Of a stretch of DNA of 64,000 bases, positions 16,741 through 28,222 are shown one piece after another. Position numbers and translations under genes: made by a program. Source of the DNA: Octopus sinensis (Eukaryota); contig NW_021833914.1 of NCBI RefSeq assembly GCF_006345805.1, positions 1 to 64,000 on the forward strand. Direction: 5' to 3'. Below the pieces are notes generated by a model. That model was given only the letters and a program-made list of their open reading frames with translations, was not told the DNA's origin and searched no databases. Positions within the stretch are counted from its first letter, which is position 1; each line of letters starts with the position of its first letter.

Positions 16741-17283
16741 TAAACATTCTGCTAGAAGAATGGTTCTCAAGTATGAATCCTCTTTAACATGAAGTGTAGT
16801 AAATGTGACAGTTTGATAAAATTTCAAAACTACTTAATTGTAAATGCAAACTACTTCAATCGAAATCTGTAAAAGATTTGATTTCAAAAATCAAAGAATT
16901 TTTACTTATTTTATGTGTACAAACATCAAATACAATTCCAGCCAAATCAGAACCAATTATTCAAATTTCTAAGACTTAAATACTTTAAAATTGTTCAGAA
17001 TATTCTAAATTCTAAATTATAAGGACTCAAAGGACCCTACATTATTAAAGGTAGTCTTGTAAATCATAAATTTTCTCTAGAGAACGTAAATTAATATTAA
17101 ATCAAATTTAGATTATTTTCATGCAAAGTTAAAACATTGTTTTTTAAGCAGATAAAAATCATAGAGGAAGCTGATAATAAAAATGTTGTGTTGAACTGAT
17201 TTTATTTTTTTGAAATAGAATAATTTTAACGATATTTTAATATAAAATTGTTTCTATGGAATCGTAACAATTCTGGATATATA

Positions 17284-20200
17284 ATGGAGGAATCATACCG
17301 TCCGCTATTTTTAGCTCAAGTATAGTTGGTTTGAATGTTTACAGTTTAAAGACAAGCTTGGTTAAGTCTCTAAATGTGTATAAGACAAGAAAAAAAAGTC
17401 TACAGAACAACGAGATGATATTAACTGTTGCTGATCGGAAAATCCAGACTCAGCATAAGTGAAATATTATTTGCTATTATTTTAAGTGATTTAATCAAAG
17501 AACAACAAGAAAATATTGACTCTGTAAAAAAGTTGCCAAAAATTAATTCTCCGTCTACAAGAATGCCTTCAAAATATATCAAACAATATAACGAAAATAA
17601 GAAAGAACGGTGAACGATATTATAATATAAACAGACACGAAAACGAATTGAAGCAACATGAAAATAAATCTCTCCTCATCCAGAATGTAGAATCTATTTA
17701 CCTCAATATTTATAGGAATTGTACCATCAAGTGGAATCAATATGCAACAAATTGACAGAATCATCACATCAATATAAAAAGGAAATTGAGGACATTTCAA
17801 ATTCTCTAGAAGAAGTAATAATTTATATTTATTTAGAAAAACGACATGGAATATGACCAACTTCCTCAACGGAAAATTCAGCTAGAAAGTCTAATGGAAA
17901 AAAGAGAAATGATTATTTTATCGTTTTATGACGAATTAAAACAATTGGAGAATAGACGACTCAAATCAGTATGTGCTAAATTATTATTTTCAAAGATGAT
18001 TGATTTATTTACACAAACCAAAAAAAATCTAATCGCCATTGCACACATTCTCCCCCAACAAGTCGACGATATTTTGGACGAAAAGTCACTAGTATCAGAA
18101 AAATAATTAAATATTCAGTTATTCAATTTATCTGTAGTATCAAATCTCAAAAAATATGAAAATGTGCGAAGAGCACTAAAAATGAGAGATATCGAGATTA
18201 AACATATTATGTTGGAAAAATGGACCATAGTAAAGAGTAATTTACGGAATGACAAGATGGAGATTGCAATAAAACAATTTCTGTAAAATATATTGTGTAA
18301 CTTTGTAGTGAGCAAATTGAAGGCGTATCATTCAACATGTATGATATATATAAAGAAACTTTACAAAATTATGTAAATAGATTTGCTCAAATAAATAAAC
18401 AAATTTTATTCATTTTTGAAACTCTTGGGTTTATTGTGGATTAATTTAAAATATGCAGTTCGTCGGGATTTGATAAAATTCGCGAACAAACCGAAAATGC
18501 GGCCTTCCAAATTACAGAAATTGATAAAGAATATGGTCATCGATAATAAAGAACTATTTATAGAAAATACATTTGTTGAACTTAAAGAAGAACTGAATTT
18601 GTTAAAATCTGAGAGAATTCTAGAAATGAAAAACAGGAAAGACGAGTTTATGGTAAGTTGTACATATAAATTCAAAGACTTCTTTGGACAATATCTTTTC
18701 CGTCGAAGAGGCAGAACAACGAATAGAAGACTTTAATAATTCATTTATGAGCATATTAAGACGAAAAACTTTAATTTGGAATAATGATGCAACTGTTCTG
18801 ATGGTAAGTATTTCAAATGTATTTTTTCAGAAAAAAATTAAAATATTTCAAAAAAACATGTCCAAAAAAATATCCGAAACCGTTCAATTCACAGAAAAAG
18901 CTATCCTTCTTTGGAATAATGGAGAAACGAAGTTGAATTCATCCTTCGATGAAATGAATCAAACAATGCTCCGTGATATAACAGAAAATCGAGAATATTT
19001 AGAAGTATATTATTTACATTTTTTTCTTTGGAAATTGAAAATAACATCACAAAATATATCGAGGATATGCGAGAGGATTACACACAAGATCAGCTCAACA
19101 ACAATTTCACTAAGGCAGTGGAATATTTGAATAACATTAAATCAAGGTATTTTGTTTTAGTATTTTTAGCTACGAAAATTTTGGAAAAAATCAAATAAAA
19201 TTTCTCAAATCTTACCCGGGAACAATACGGACAATTTTACGCGAAATTCATAGATCGATTACAGAATTTTTTCAAAATCGAAAAACAAGTCATCAATTGA
19301 CCAGATCAGATACAATCACTGAAAATATTAAAAGAAAAATGATAGAAAATTTTCAGGAAAGTCTGACAATCTCTGACTTGTTTTTTACTGATGTAGCAGA
19401 AAGGTCTGAAATATTTTAATAACTCTAAAGATTGAAAAAATTGTTCAAAAGTAAATTTTCTGAATGGAAAATCGAGGTGGAAGAAAAAACCAAAGATATC
19501 GTAGAGTTTAAGGTCTTACTTTAAATTAAATTTTAAAGAGTGAGGAAGTCAAATCAGAACTTCAAATAAAATTGAATCTACTAAAACCCCGTCAGAAACG
19601 CATTGAAATCGATATTTATCGATTCCGAGTTGGTTAGCTTTGCAATGCTAAATAAGTAAGATCAAATCAATCAACATTATGAACAACTTAATAAATTTTG
19701 TGGGAATGTGCGTGAGCTGTTGAAAAACATATCAGAAGAATTTAGTCGGGTAGAAGAAACTCAGTGCAATACTGTGAACAAGCTTCAAAACCACGTGATT
19801 AAACTCGAGACCATACTGGACAACACCTATCACATTTCCAAGTTGCCAAGAACTAAGAAATTTACTAGATTCTCAAAAGTGAGCGAGTATTATGAAATGG
19901 AGATGGAAAACTGTTCAAAAACAATAAAATCTTCATTTCGTAATTTTCGAACAAGTTTAGAACAGTGTAGTCAGGAGTGCAGAGAAAAAACATATTCTCT
20001 CGTACAGTCTTTCAAGTTTTCTCTGAATTGATTTTGTAGGCTGATCTGTGACGGAGGGACATTTAGTTCTGGAGAAGTTGGTTTGTACCGTCAACAGATT
20101 CACAAAATATCCCAAGAAATTGACAACACTGAATTGGAAATATTGGACCAATTAGAGGCGACTGAATCTAAACGAATGTTACAATATTCCCGAATTTGCT

Positions 20201-22072
20201 CCGAATGTCACAATTTGTTTAGTTTATTTACTAATTAAGCTAGACTTGGTGAACATTCCAAGGATGTCCACTTTTTGAGTGACATCGGTAAAATACTCAC
20301 AAACTGTCAAATAAACATAAAATCATTGGCCGCTAAAAGCAACGGAAAAGCACGAATTTTATTTGAAATGTTGGAAAATATTCGGACTGGCAAAGTATTC
20401 AAATTTTAAATATTTTAGGAAATTTATAATTTGAAGACAGTTTTTGAAGAATTTAAAGCTCGGGCAGTCGATTTAAATTGCCTTAAATCTGGATTTGAAG
20501 TTTCTCAATCACCCCAATATGACATGTATGCTACAAAACCAAGCAGAAATAATTCAAAAAGTCTACTAGACAACACGAATTTTAATAAATTAAAGTAATA
20601 AATATTAAATAAATCAAGTCATACCAATTTTAACGACAATGTGATGCCTTCCATAACTAAAAAAAGTTGGTTTTCATTCTATATTTAAATCAAAATAATA
20701 TAATATGATATTAGTGAGCATTGGAACTACTCGAAGAGACGTCAATTGTGACACGTACAGTAAAATATCAGACCAAGCAAGGTGAGGGATACATTAGACT
20801 GTAGTCTGGTCATGAAATCAATGACTAAAAAAGAAAAGATCAAATTGAGACTGAAACAATTTGAACCAACCGGACCCCATACGTTTATTTACAATAATAA
20901 ATTGATACTCAATCGAACCATTGGCTTACTGTTTGAAAGGATTGAAGTGATATTTGTTTTCTAATGAAAAGGCATTTTTTAAAACTAAAACTGGGAAAAA
21001 CAAATCAAAGATATTGGCCGATGGAAACGAGAGTTTTGACGAGAGTACAAACTCTGTTCTTACCAGAATTGAAAATTTTCTGAGTCAGATAACAACATAT
21101 CAACAAAACTGCGTAAATGGTTATATTAATGAGATTATAAAAAATAGAATTTGGAGACCAAGTCCGTAAATTGATGGATGCTGTAGTCAAATTTTCTTTA
21201 GGAAATTTAAAAAATTGTACAATCAAATTCGAGGAATCGGTGGCACAGCAGAAAAGTGAATTTAATACAAGAATCAAGGACGTTATAGACAAGTTTGGAT
21301 CACATAAAGTCTGTCAAATATTTTAAAAGCCAAGAAAATGTATGACGCCAAGCTCTTTCCTATTTTGGGCCATCCTGCACATACTGGAAAATTAGAAAAA
21401 TTAGTAAATGATCAAGAAACTTCGGAAAATGAAATTCAAGCCAATTTTTTACCATTGATCAAAGAATTTAAAGTAAAGAAATACCATTAATTTAGAAATC
21501 ATATGCCTTAACAACAATTCAATACGTGGAAGACTATCTCGTCCTGGCCTTGGATTACCTCAAAATATTTGACAACATTTTGACTGAAGAAGAAATAACA
21601 TTTGATGGTTGAAACATGACATTTATAATTTTAAGAACTTCCTCCCGAACGGAAACCAATCGAGGCACTCCTGTTCGGAGAATTGAGAGAAAATAACACT
21701 GCAACTGCATTCACTGATTATGACATTTGTGAAACTACAAAATTTGATACAAAGATAAAATTAAGAAGCTTTTAAAAAGAATGAGGGATCACTTGGATTC
21801 AAAAACTGACAACAAAAAATGGAAACAAATAATGGATCTCTTCGACGACGAGGAATATTTTAGAAAGACATTGGCTCATCAGAGAGTGAGAGAACATAAG
21901 TACAACGTAGTTGAGGTGGTTTTGATTTATGAATTGAACAGAATGCAGAAGTTATGGAGGATTATATAAAAGAAATTGAGGATGCGTCAAATAATGGGTT
22001 GCAGGAAAAACACGGTGGGATTGTTATTGGACTTCATGCATCGAAAGAATTAAAAATCTTTACCATCAATAA
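17284..22072 (+). CDS. CCDC180: Coiled-coil domain-containing protein 180 (DUF4455 + DUF4456; cilia-associated), many micro-introns, some probable homopolymer frameshifts
   Basis: Spliced peptides YRPLFLAQ..SLVKSL, ELKQLENRRLKSV...IAHILPQQV, FSVEEAEQRI, ILLWNNGE, PILGHPAHTGKLEKL and the terminal RWDCYWTSCIERIKNLYHQ* match the order of CCDC180 motifs as I recall them. Confidence 0.8.
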
Positions 22073-22375
22073 TAATTAACATTATTAGTACTAATAAGGT
22101 TATTTGTATCTTACACAAACCTTGCTTTTAAAATCAGGCTTTAAAGACCACAAAGGTAATTTTCTGAATTAATAACAATATTATGATAATAATAATTTTG
22201 TCAAACTCCTATGTGAATTAAAGTTTGTAGTAAATTTACTGCTAAAACGGAAAGTTCAAAATGAGTAAGAAACCGTCACCACAAAGAAAATTTTGTCACT
22301 ATATAAAAAATTAAATCTTTTTAAAATTAGTGTGGAAAGTAACTTGTATACGGAACCTGCGCGTACCTTTTTAAA

Positions 22376-23190
22376 ATTTTTTTTTTTTTTAATACAAATT
22401 TTTTTTTTTTTTAACACCCGAAAATAATTATTACAATCTAAAGCTACTGATGATCGAGAAGACGTTGCCCCTCAGGATCGCAATGGATATTCTTTGGAAC
22501 AACCATTGCTTCTCCCGAGGCTCTCTCCGTCTTCTCGAGATCAGATCCCCGATTTTCTCGACGAGTTCGAACGATTTTTGGCTCATGACCCCGGAGGTTT
22601 CTATGGATATTGGGGAGAAGATGAAGTTGTCCAACAGGTTGGAATATTTCTGAACTTTATGTGCCTCAGCCTTCTCAGCGGCTGAGCCTGGACTGATCGC
22701 GGAGTCAACTATATTGGTCTTTGAGAAGGTGTCTGTGCACGTGGAGTCCCACGCGAGGCATTTCCCATTACTCCACGGGAAAATGGTGACTCCATCTGGG
22801 CGTTTACCGTCTCCACGGTCAAGCCCAACGGGTTCCAGTTCTGTCGGGAATCCAGCTGCTTGTAACGCAGCCGAAATAGTCTCGTTGATAGCGGAGTGTC
22901 TGGGAGCACGGCCAGCACTCCTCCTGCATGACAGGGGATGTAGTCCTTTGGTATCGACTTTACTACCACATCGGCATTGGCCCCCCGAACAGACATTAAG
23001 TCCCAAACGTATTGCTACGCCAATCCTCACACAGTCATTATCGAGAAGGGTTCCAGATTGGGAGCAAGGGAGGGCATTAAGCCACGCCCCACTTTCAGGT
23101 CTGGCAGCGGCACCGGCGAGGCGATGCTGATCCAATGTAGGTCTGATTGCTTCCATTTTAGCTTTGCTGGAGATATCATCCGTACCTATT
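22376..23190 (-). mobile_element. 5'-truncated CRE-clade retrotransposon (zinc knuckle + restriction-like endonuclease) with poly(A) tail
   Basis: Open ORF 22431-23156 contains SGAWLNALP, CRCG...HPLSC...RH, KRPDG, LAWDSTC and QRISIAILRGN. A-runs follow the stop (T-runs at about 22376-22412 on +). Confidence 0.9.
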
Positions 23191-24014
23191 CGTACCTATT
23201 CAGCTACTTTCCTAAAACTCTCAGCAGTGACTTCGGATTAGTCTTTTCTAGGCCCAAAGATTCGAGGATCAAAAAATATGCTTCTTTTCCAAAATCTTCT
23301 TTTTGTTTCTTGCCTCTCAGACAAGTTGTGACTTCGGATCTCCTCCTGTAAAAACACGGATCTCCTCCAAGATCTTTGACAAAAAGGTTTGGATTTTCTA
23401 ACGCATTTCTTTTGTCATCCTCCGAAGTAATTGTAAAGCAATCTTCCCCCCAACGTGAGAAAAACAATCCAATTTAAGTTTTTAAACAAATAAAAAAATC
23501 ATTCTTGCAGGGAGAAAATTGATTGGCTGTTTCCATAAATCCAATTTGATCATGTCTACACGTGTTTTGGTTTGTCAATCAGATGGGAAATCTATAGACA
23601 ACCCCCACTAAATCAAAAATAGAATAAAGCATCAACCTCTGGATGTCCAGAATCACTGTCAAAATTAAATAAAATAAGAAAATGAATCAATCCTAACAAA
23701 TAACTCGACTCAGATTGTCTTAATTCGTTTAAATAAGCGTATGTTATAATTTCAATATATTTTACCGATTGCAGTAAAACTGTTATTTACTAGAAGTTAA
23801 CAAAGCCATCTATCCGAAGTGGACCCCGCCAACATAATTGACGTTATTTTACCGATTATTTATGTAAATTTCCCAATTGATTATTCTAATCACAGAAATA
23901 GAAGAAAAGCGTTATGTGCCAGCGGCAAGATTTTTGTGATTAGAATAATCAATTGGGAAATTAAAAAAAATTTATGTAAATTAAAAAATTGATTGAAATA
24001 ACAAAACTGAAATA

Positions 24015-24489
24015 TTAAACTTTTGCCCTACAGAACGGGCAGGATAATTTACGAGAATTTTTTCCTTGTAGCCACTTCTTGACGCAAGAGAAATGAAAAA
24101 AATGACCGCATTTTAATTTAGCCACATTCTCCCCTGATTTGTAAATGTCCAGACATATAGAACAGGTGTCACCAATGTCTAATTCCAGAGTATCATAAAC
24201 ACATGTTTTAATTCTTTTAAGAGCCGATTTTAATACCTTTGATCTTTTTTTCTTAAATCGTTTAAATTAAATTAATAACCCATTCACAAAAACTTGAAAT
24301 ATTCTCATTTAGTGCGTCCACGAGTTGATTAAATTGAACATTTGGAGAATCTTCAAACATAGCGGTGTATACTAAATATATATGCTCAGATATTTGATCA
24401 CTATGAGTTACAAATTGTTTTAAGAACTGAATTGAGCTTGTGTCATCTTCATCTAGCATGCGAAGATACGATTGGTTTAGAAACGACAT
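24015..24489 (-). CDS. RING-H2 E3 ubiquitin ligase (small, one 28-nt intron)
   Basis: The exon from ATG 24489 is joined by intron GTTATTAATTTAATTTAAACGATTTAAG to CSICLDIYKSGENVAKLKCGHFFHFSCVKKWLQGKNSRKLSCPFCRAKV* (C3H2C3). Confidence 0.87.
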
Positions 24490-24699
24490 TATGTGGCACC
24501 TAAAAATTAATATTTATTAAAATACAACAGTCAGAATATAACAAAGCAATAATTGGTAGCAGAATATTTAATGCTTTTAAATATTTATTTAATAATTTCA
24601 AATATTAATAAAATTAAAGAGAATTAATATTTTTCCATTTTAATAAAATATAAAATTAAAAAAAGATAGGTTTTTGACTTCTCCTTCTTTCGGAAAAGT

Positions 24700-25790
24700 G
24701 ACGCCATTGGAAGAGTCGCCTGTCTCCAAGACTGCGTATCGAAGCTGACGTTGAGGATGTCCTCAGTGCAAGCTTTCATGTGCTCGGAATAGTCTTCGAG
24801 AAGATCTGTTTCCTCATAGCACTGGGCCGTCCTCAAAACGTATGTTAACTTTGGAATAGATAGACAGTTCCTCAATAAAAGGGCCCAGTGGAGTATGCCA
24901 AGTTGACAATCGGTAGGATGTACGCAATTTCTTTGACGCAAGCTTCAAGGATACAGTCTCTTCTAACAGAATTGAATGCATTCTTTAAGTCGATCTTGAC
25001 CAGAATTCGTTGGGAATCAGTGGAAGAGTTAACAAACTCACGTAGAGCGTGGACCCCGGCCTCGGCGCCTCTTCGGATACCAACTTTGAGCTGTGTTGGT
25101 ACGAAGTACGGTACAAGTGCCCCAGAACCTTCCTTCGACGATCTTTTCAAGCAAGGTAGTACTGTTTTTCCCTGAAGGCCGGCGTCTCTTCGGTAGGGGG
25201 GGTAGAGAACGGACTCGAAATTGGACATTCATTCAGGGATCTGCGCTTTCAAAGCTTTAGCAAGGGATTGCCCATCCGTTCGTTGCTGTATCGGGACGCT
25301 CAAAGCGTAGACGGGAAAGAGGAATAGTTTTGCCCACGAAAGGGCGTCGGAGTGTTTCTTCGTGGCATTTCCAATCAAGGTGGCAAGACTCTCTGAAGCA
25401 AGTAACCTGGCTGCCTTCGGAATCCTAACGGGGATGTACCTACACCGTCGCAAAGGGGACAGATATCGCAGGAAATCCCCTGCATCAGAGACGGGAAGGA
25501 CAAAGGGAGGTGGAAACCATCCAGGAACTACGCACGAAAAGAAATTCCACGTCTGGAGGGGAAATGGCTGCTTCCTCTTAAGACCAATACAAGAAAGATG
25601 GAAAAAATTCCCACAGGTCGAGCAATTAATTCTACGTTTCTGTCTGTTCGATTTCTTGCTAGAAAGGCATGTGGGATTATCTACTTTTTCCATGAATAGA
25701 TTAGAATAAAATACAATAGGATACACAGAAAATAAGACAATACAATGAGATACACAGAAAATAAGGCAGTACAATGAAAAACAACAATGA
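24700..25790 (-). mobile_element. 5' half of a CRE-clade retrotransposon (PHD-like finger, RIPKAAR region, internally deleted RT)
   Basis: Motifs are CSTCGNFFHLSC...W, RIPKAARL, QLKVGIRRGAEAGVH, LVKIDLKNAFNSV and WRQATLP. About 30-bp tandem repeats lie in the 5' UTR at 25711-25777. Confidence 0.85.
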
Positions 25791-26082
25791 ATGTGACAAA
25801 ATTACAAATGGGAAGAAATTACACCACAATATTTAGTTTGTACTCTAATTAAATAAATAATCCAGTAAATGGCACTTTAAAGCTCTCAAGTCACTATAGA
25901 AATCTATACGCTTATTTAATTGTTATTTTTTTCATATTTGCCTTCTAAATACCGCCAAAATACGTTGTTTAGTATCTTAAGCTCTTTTTTAAGCCCCCAA
26001 GCTAAGATTTTGAGCTTCTTAAGAAACGAATTTAATAAAGATTGTTTTTTTCAATAAAGACAGTAATTAAAATTCAAAATAG

Positions 26083-26799
26083 TCACTTTTGGAAATTGAC
26101 AGAATACCCGCCTCCTTTATCTTTATCAAATTTAAAGTTATCTGTCGACAGTCCAAATGGTTTTAAAACCATATTCCCTAATTCTTTTAATTTAGCTAAC
26201 AAAATTAATACACCAACCCAACCCATTGCCTCTGTTTTTAATTTCTCGTTCCTGGTTTCAATCAGAGGGGGCAATTCAAAATTTCCTTTGAGAGCGACTT
26301 GGTTTTTTGGGTCGAGTTCCAACACTTTTTTGTAGTCTTTTAAAGCATCTTCCAATTTTTCGGTTTTTTCATAAAGTTTTGCCCTCAGAAGATAAGCTTT
26401 GATATAATTTGGATCAAATTCCAAGGCATTGGTACATTTTTCGATGGCTTCTGAGTCTTGGGACTAAATATTTATTTTTTGTTTAATAACAAGATATTTT
26501 AACGAGATTGCTGTGTTGTGGTATAAATTGGCTTTAATGTCAGGAAAATATTCCGAAGGACACAACTTCAAAGTTTCTGAATATTTATTTATGGCTTGAA
26601 TGTATTTTTGGTTTTGGAAAAATTCATTTCCGATGCTTTTTTCTTTGAGAATATCATTTTTTAGTTTCTAGAATGTTGTTCATAATTTTACATCTAATTC
26701 CTCTGGTGATAATTCTACATTAATTTCTTCATTTATTTCCTCTAAATTAGAAGTCTCGTCAGCATCAAAAAATTCAGAAATTTCATTTTCAGAATCCAT
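26083..26799 (-). CDS. TTC1: Tetratricopeptide repeat protein 1
   Basis: It has an acidic N-terminus, KSIGNEFF, TPR YIKAYLLRAKLYEKTEKLEDALKDYKKVLELDP and the diagnostic C-terminus KLKELGNMVLKPFGLSTDNF...GGYSVNFQK*, with micro-introns. Confidence 0.9.
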
Positions 26800-27124
26800 C
26801 AGTCAAAATCAAGTGCACAACAAAAACTAAATTATTAAATTATATAATTTATATTTCAAATTTATTGTGAACCTAATTTTATAATTAGATTCATGTGGAG
26901 GGTAAGAGATAATTCTTTCAGCTTCGACATGGATATAACTTAAGTCCCAAAAAGTTAATGTTATGAAATAGTCGACTTTGGTATTGCTTACATGTTAGTT
27001 AGGCTTTGAGAGGAATTTCTGTTTTTGATTATTTTGTTGAGCTGGCATTGGAAATGGGGCAGTTGAGACAATTATTATTATTTAGGCCAAACAAAATCAC
27101 CGTCTTAACCATTAACTAACACGT

Positions 27125-27602
27125 TCAGGTGATTCCGACACTTCTCAACAGTCGAGGCATCTTTTCACAATGTTCCGACCGTGACCCCACACACTTTCTG
27201 TATGTACGGTGAATGGTTTGTGGTCCATTTCCACGATCCCCCCATTTGCCTCTACGAGGTGAATAGAGTGACTGCTGACTTTTCGGAACATGCATGTAGT
27301 CTGTTTTCATATAGCCATCCATATAAGTCGTCCAGTATTCTTTGTAGTCTTTCCTTCGCGTATTCGACATTTACATCCCTAGATGCGACAACTATGTCAT
27401 CGGCATAGGAGAGTAGTATGTCATTATTTTCCATAGGAACCGGGAGATCATTCAGAAACAAGTTGAAGAGGGTCGGGGATAAAGGAGAACCCTGGGGTGA
27501 TTTTGAACTCTCGTTCCCGACGCACACTTTCCCACGACGTTCGCTCAAAAAATTCGGCAGTTGAGACAATGAAAATTGTATAAATGTTTTATCGTCCCTC
27601 AA
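27125..27602 (-). mobile_element. LINE RT fragment
   Basis: PQGSPLSPTLFNLFLND and LSYADDI motifs are present. Confidence 0.8.
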
Positions 27603-28222
27603 AAAGTCAAATCACCTTTAAAATATTTATTCCCCCGATGACCTTATTTTAAATTGTTCCGACTGAGAGTTTAACCCAGATCCACCTTAATGCACACCTT
27701 TGGAATGTCGCTTGTTTAGAAAGTTTGTTGTTTCTGTAAATACAAATATTAATTTTATTTGTTTTTAAGATTTTCTTGTTGGTTGAAATACTCATTTTAA
27801 AGTATTCCTATAATTTTATTTAAAATGTCCGTTCGGATAAACATTTTATATAATTAGTAATATATCACTCAAATTATCAATCTGAAAATAAAAAATGAAT
27901 TTAAAGACGTTCTTAAACTCTAATTTATTAATCATCTATTCTGGCCTATGCAGACTTGGTTCGGGTTGATCGTCTTTTTCTTTGCAATCAGAGTCGATAC
28001 TTTGAGAGTTCGAAAAGAGTACTTTCATATGAATTTTATTTTTTAAATGACTTTCTACGTGTCTTATAAGTAAATTGTGAATTTTTTAAATAATTTTGTA
28101 AATTTGTAATAAGAAATTGTAGGAAAAGTATTTTAAAAATTAAAAAATGTGTTTATACGACGACAAACGGAAAGATCTTTTAAAATTATTTTTTGACTTG
28201 CAAAATAACACAAAATATTTTA

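Noticed and set aside
22709-23351. Overlapping plus-strand ORFs as real genes
   Set aside because: They are antisense shadows of the GC-rich CRE ORF. The same applies to 25362-25709, 30833-31132 and 61596-61901.
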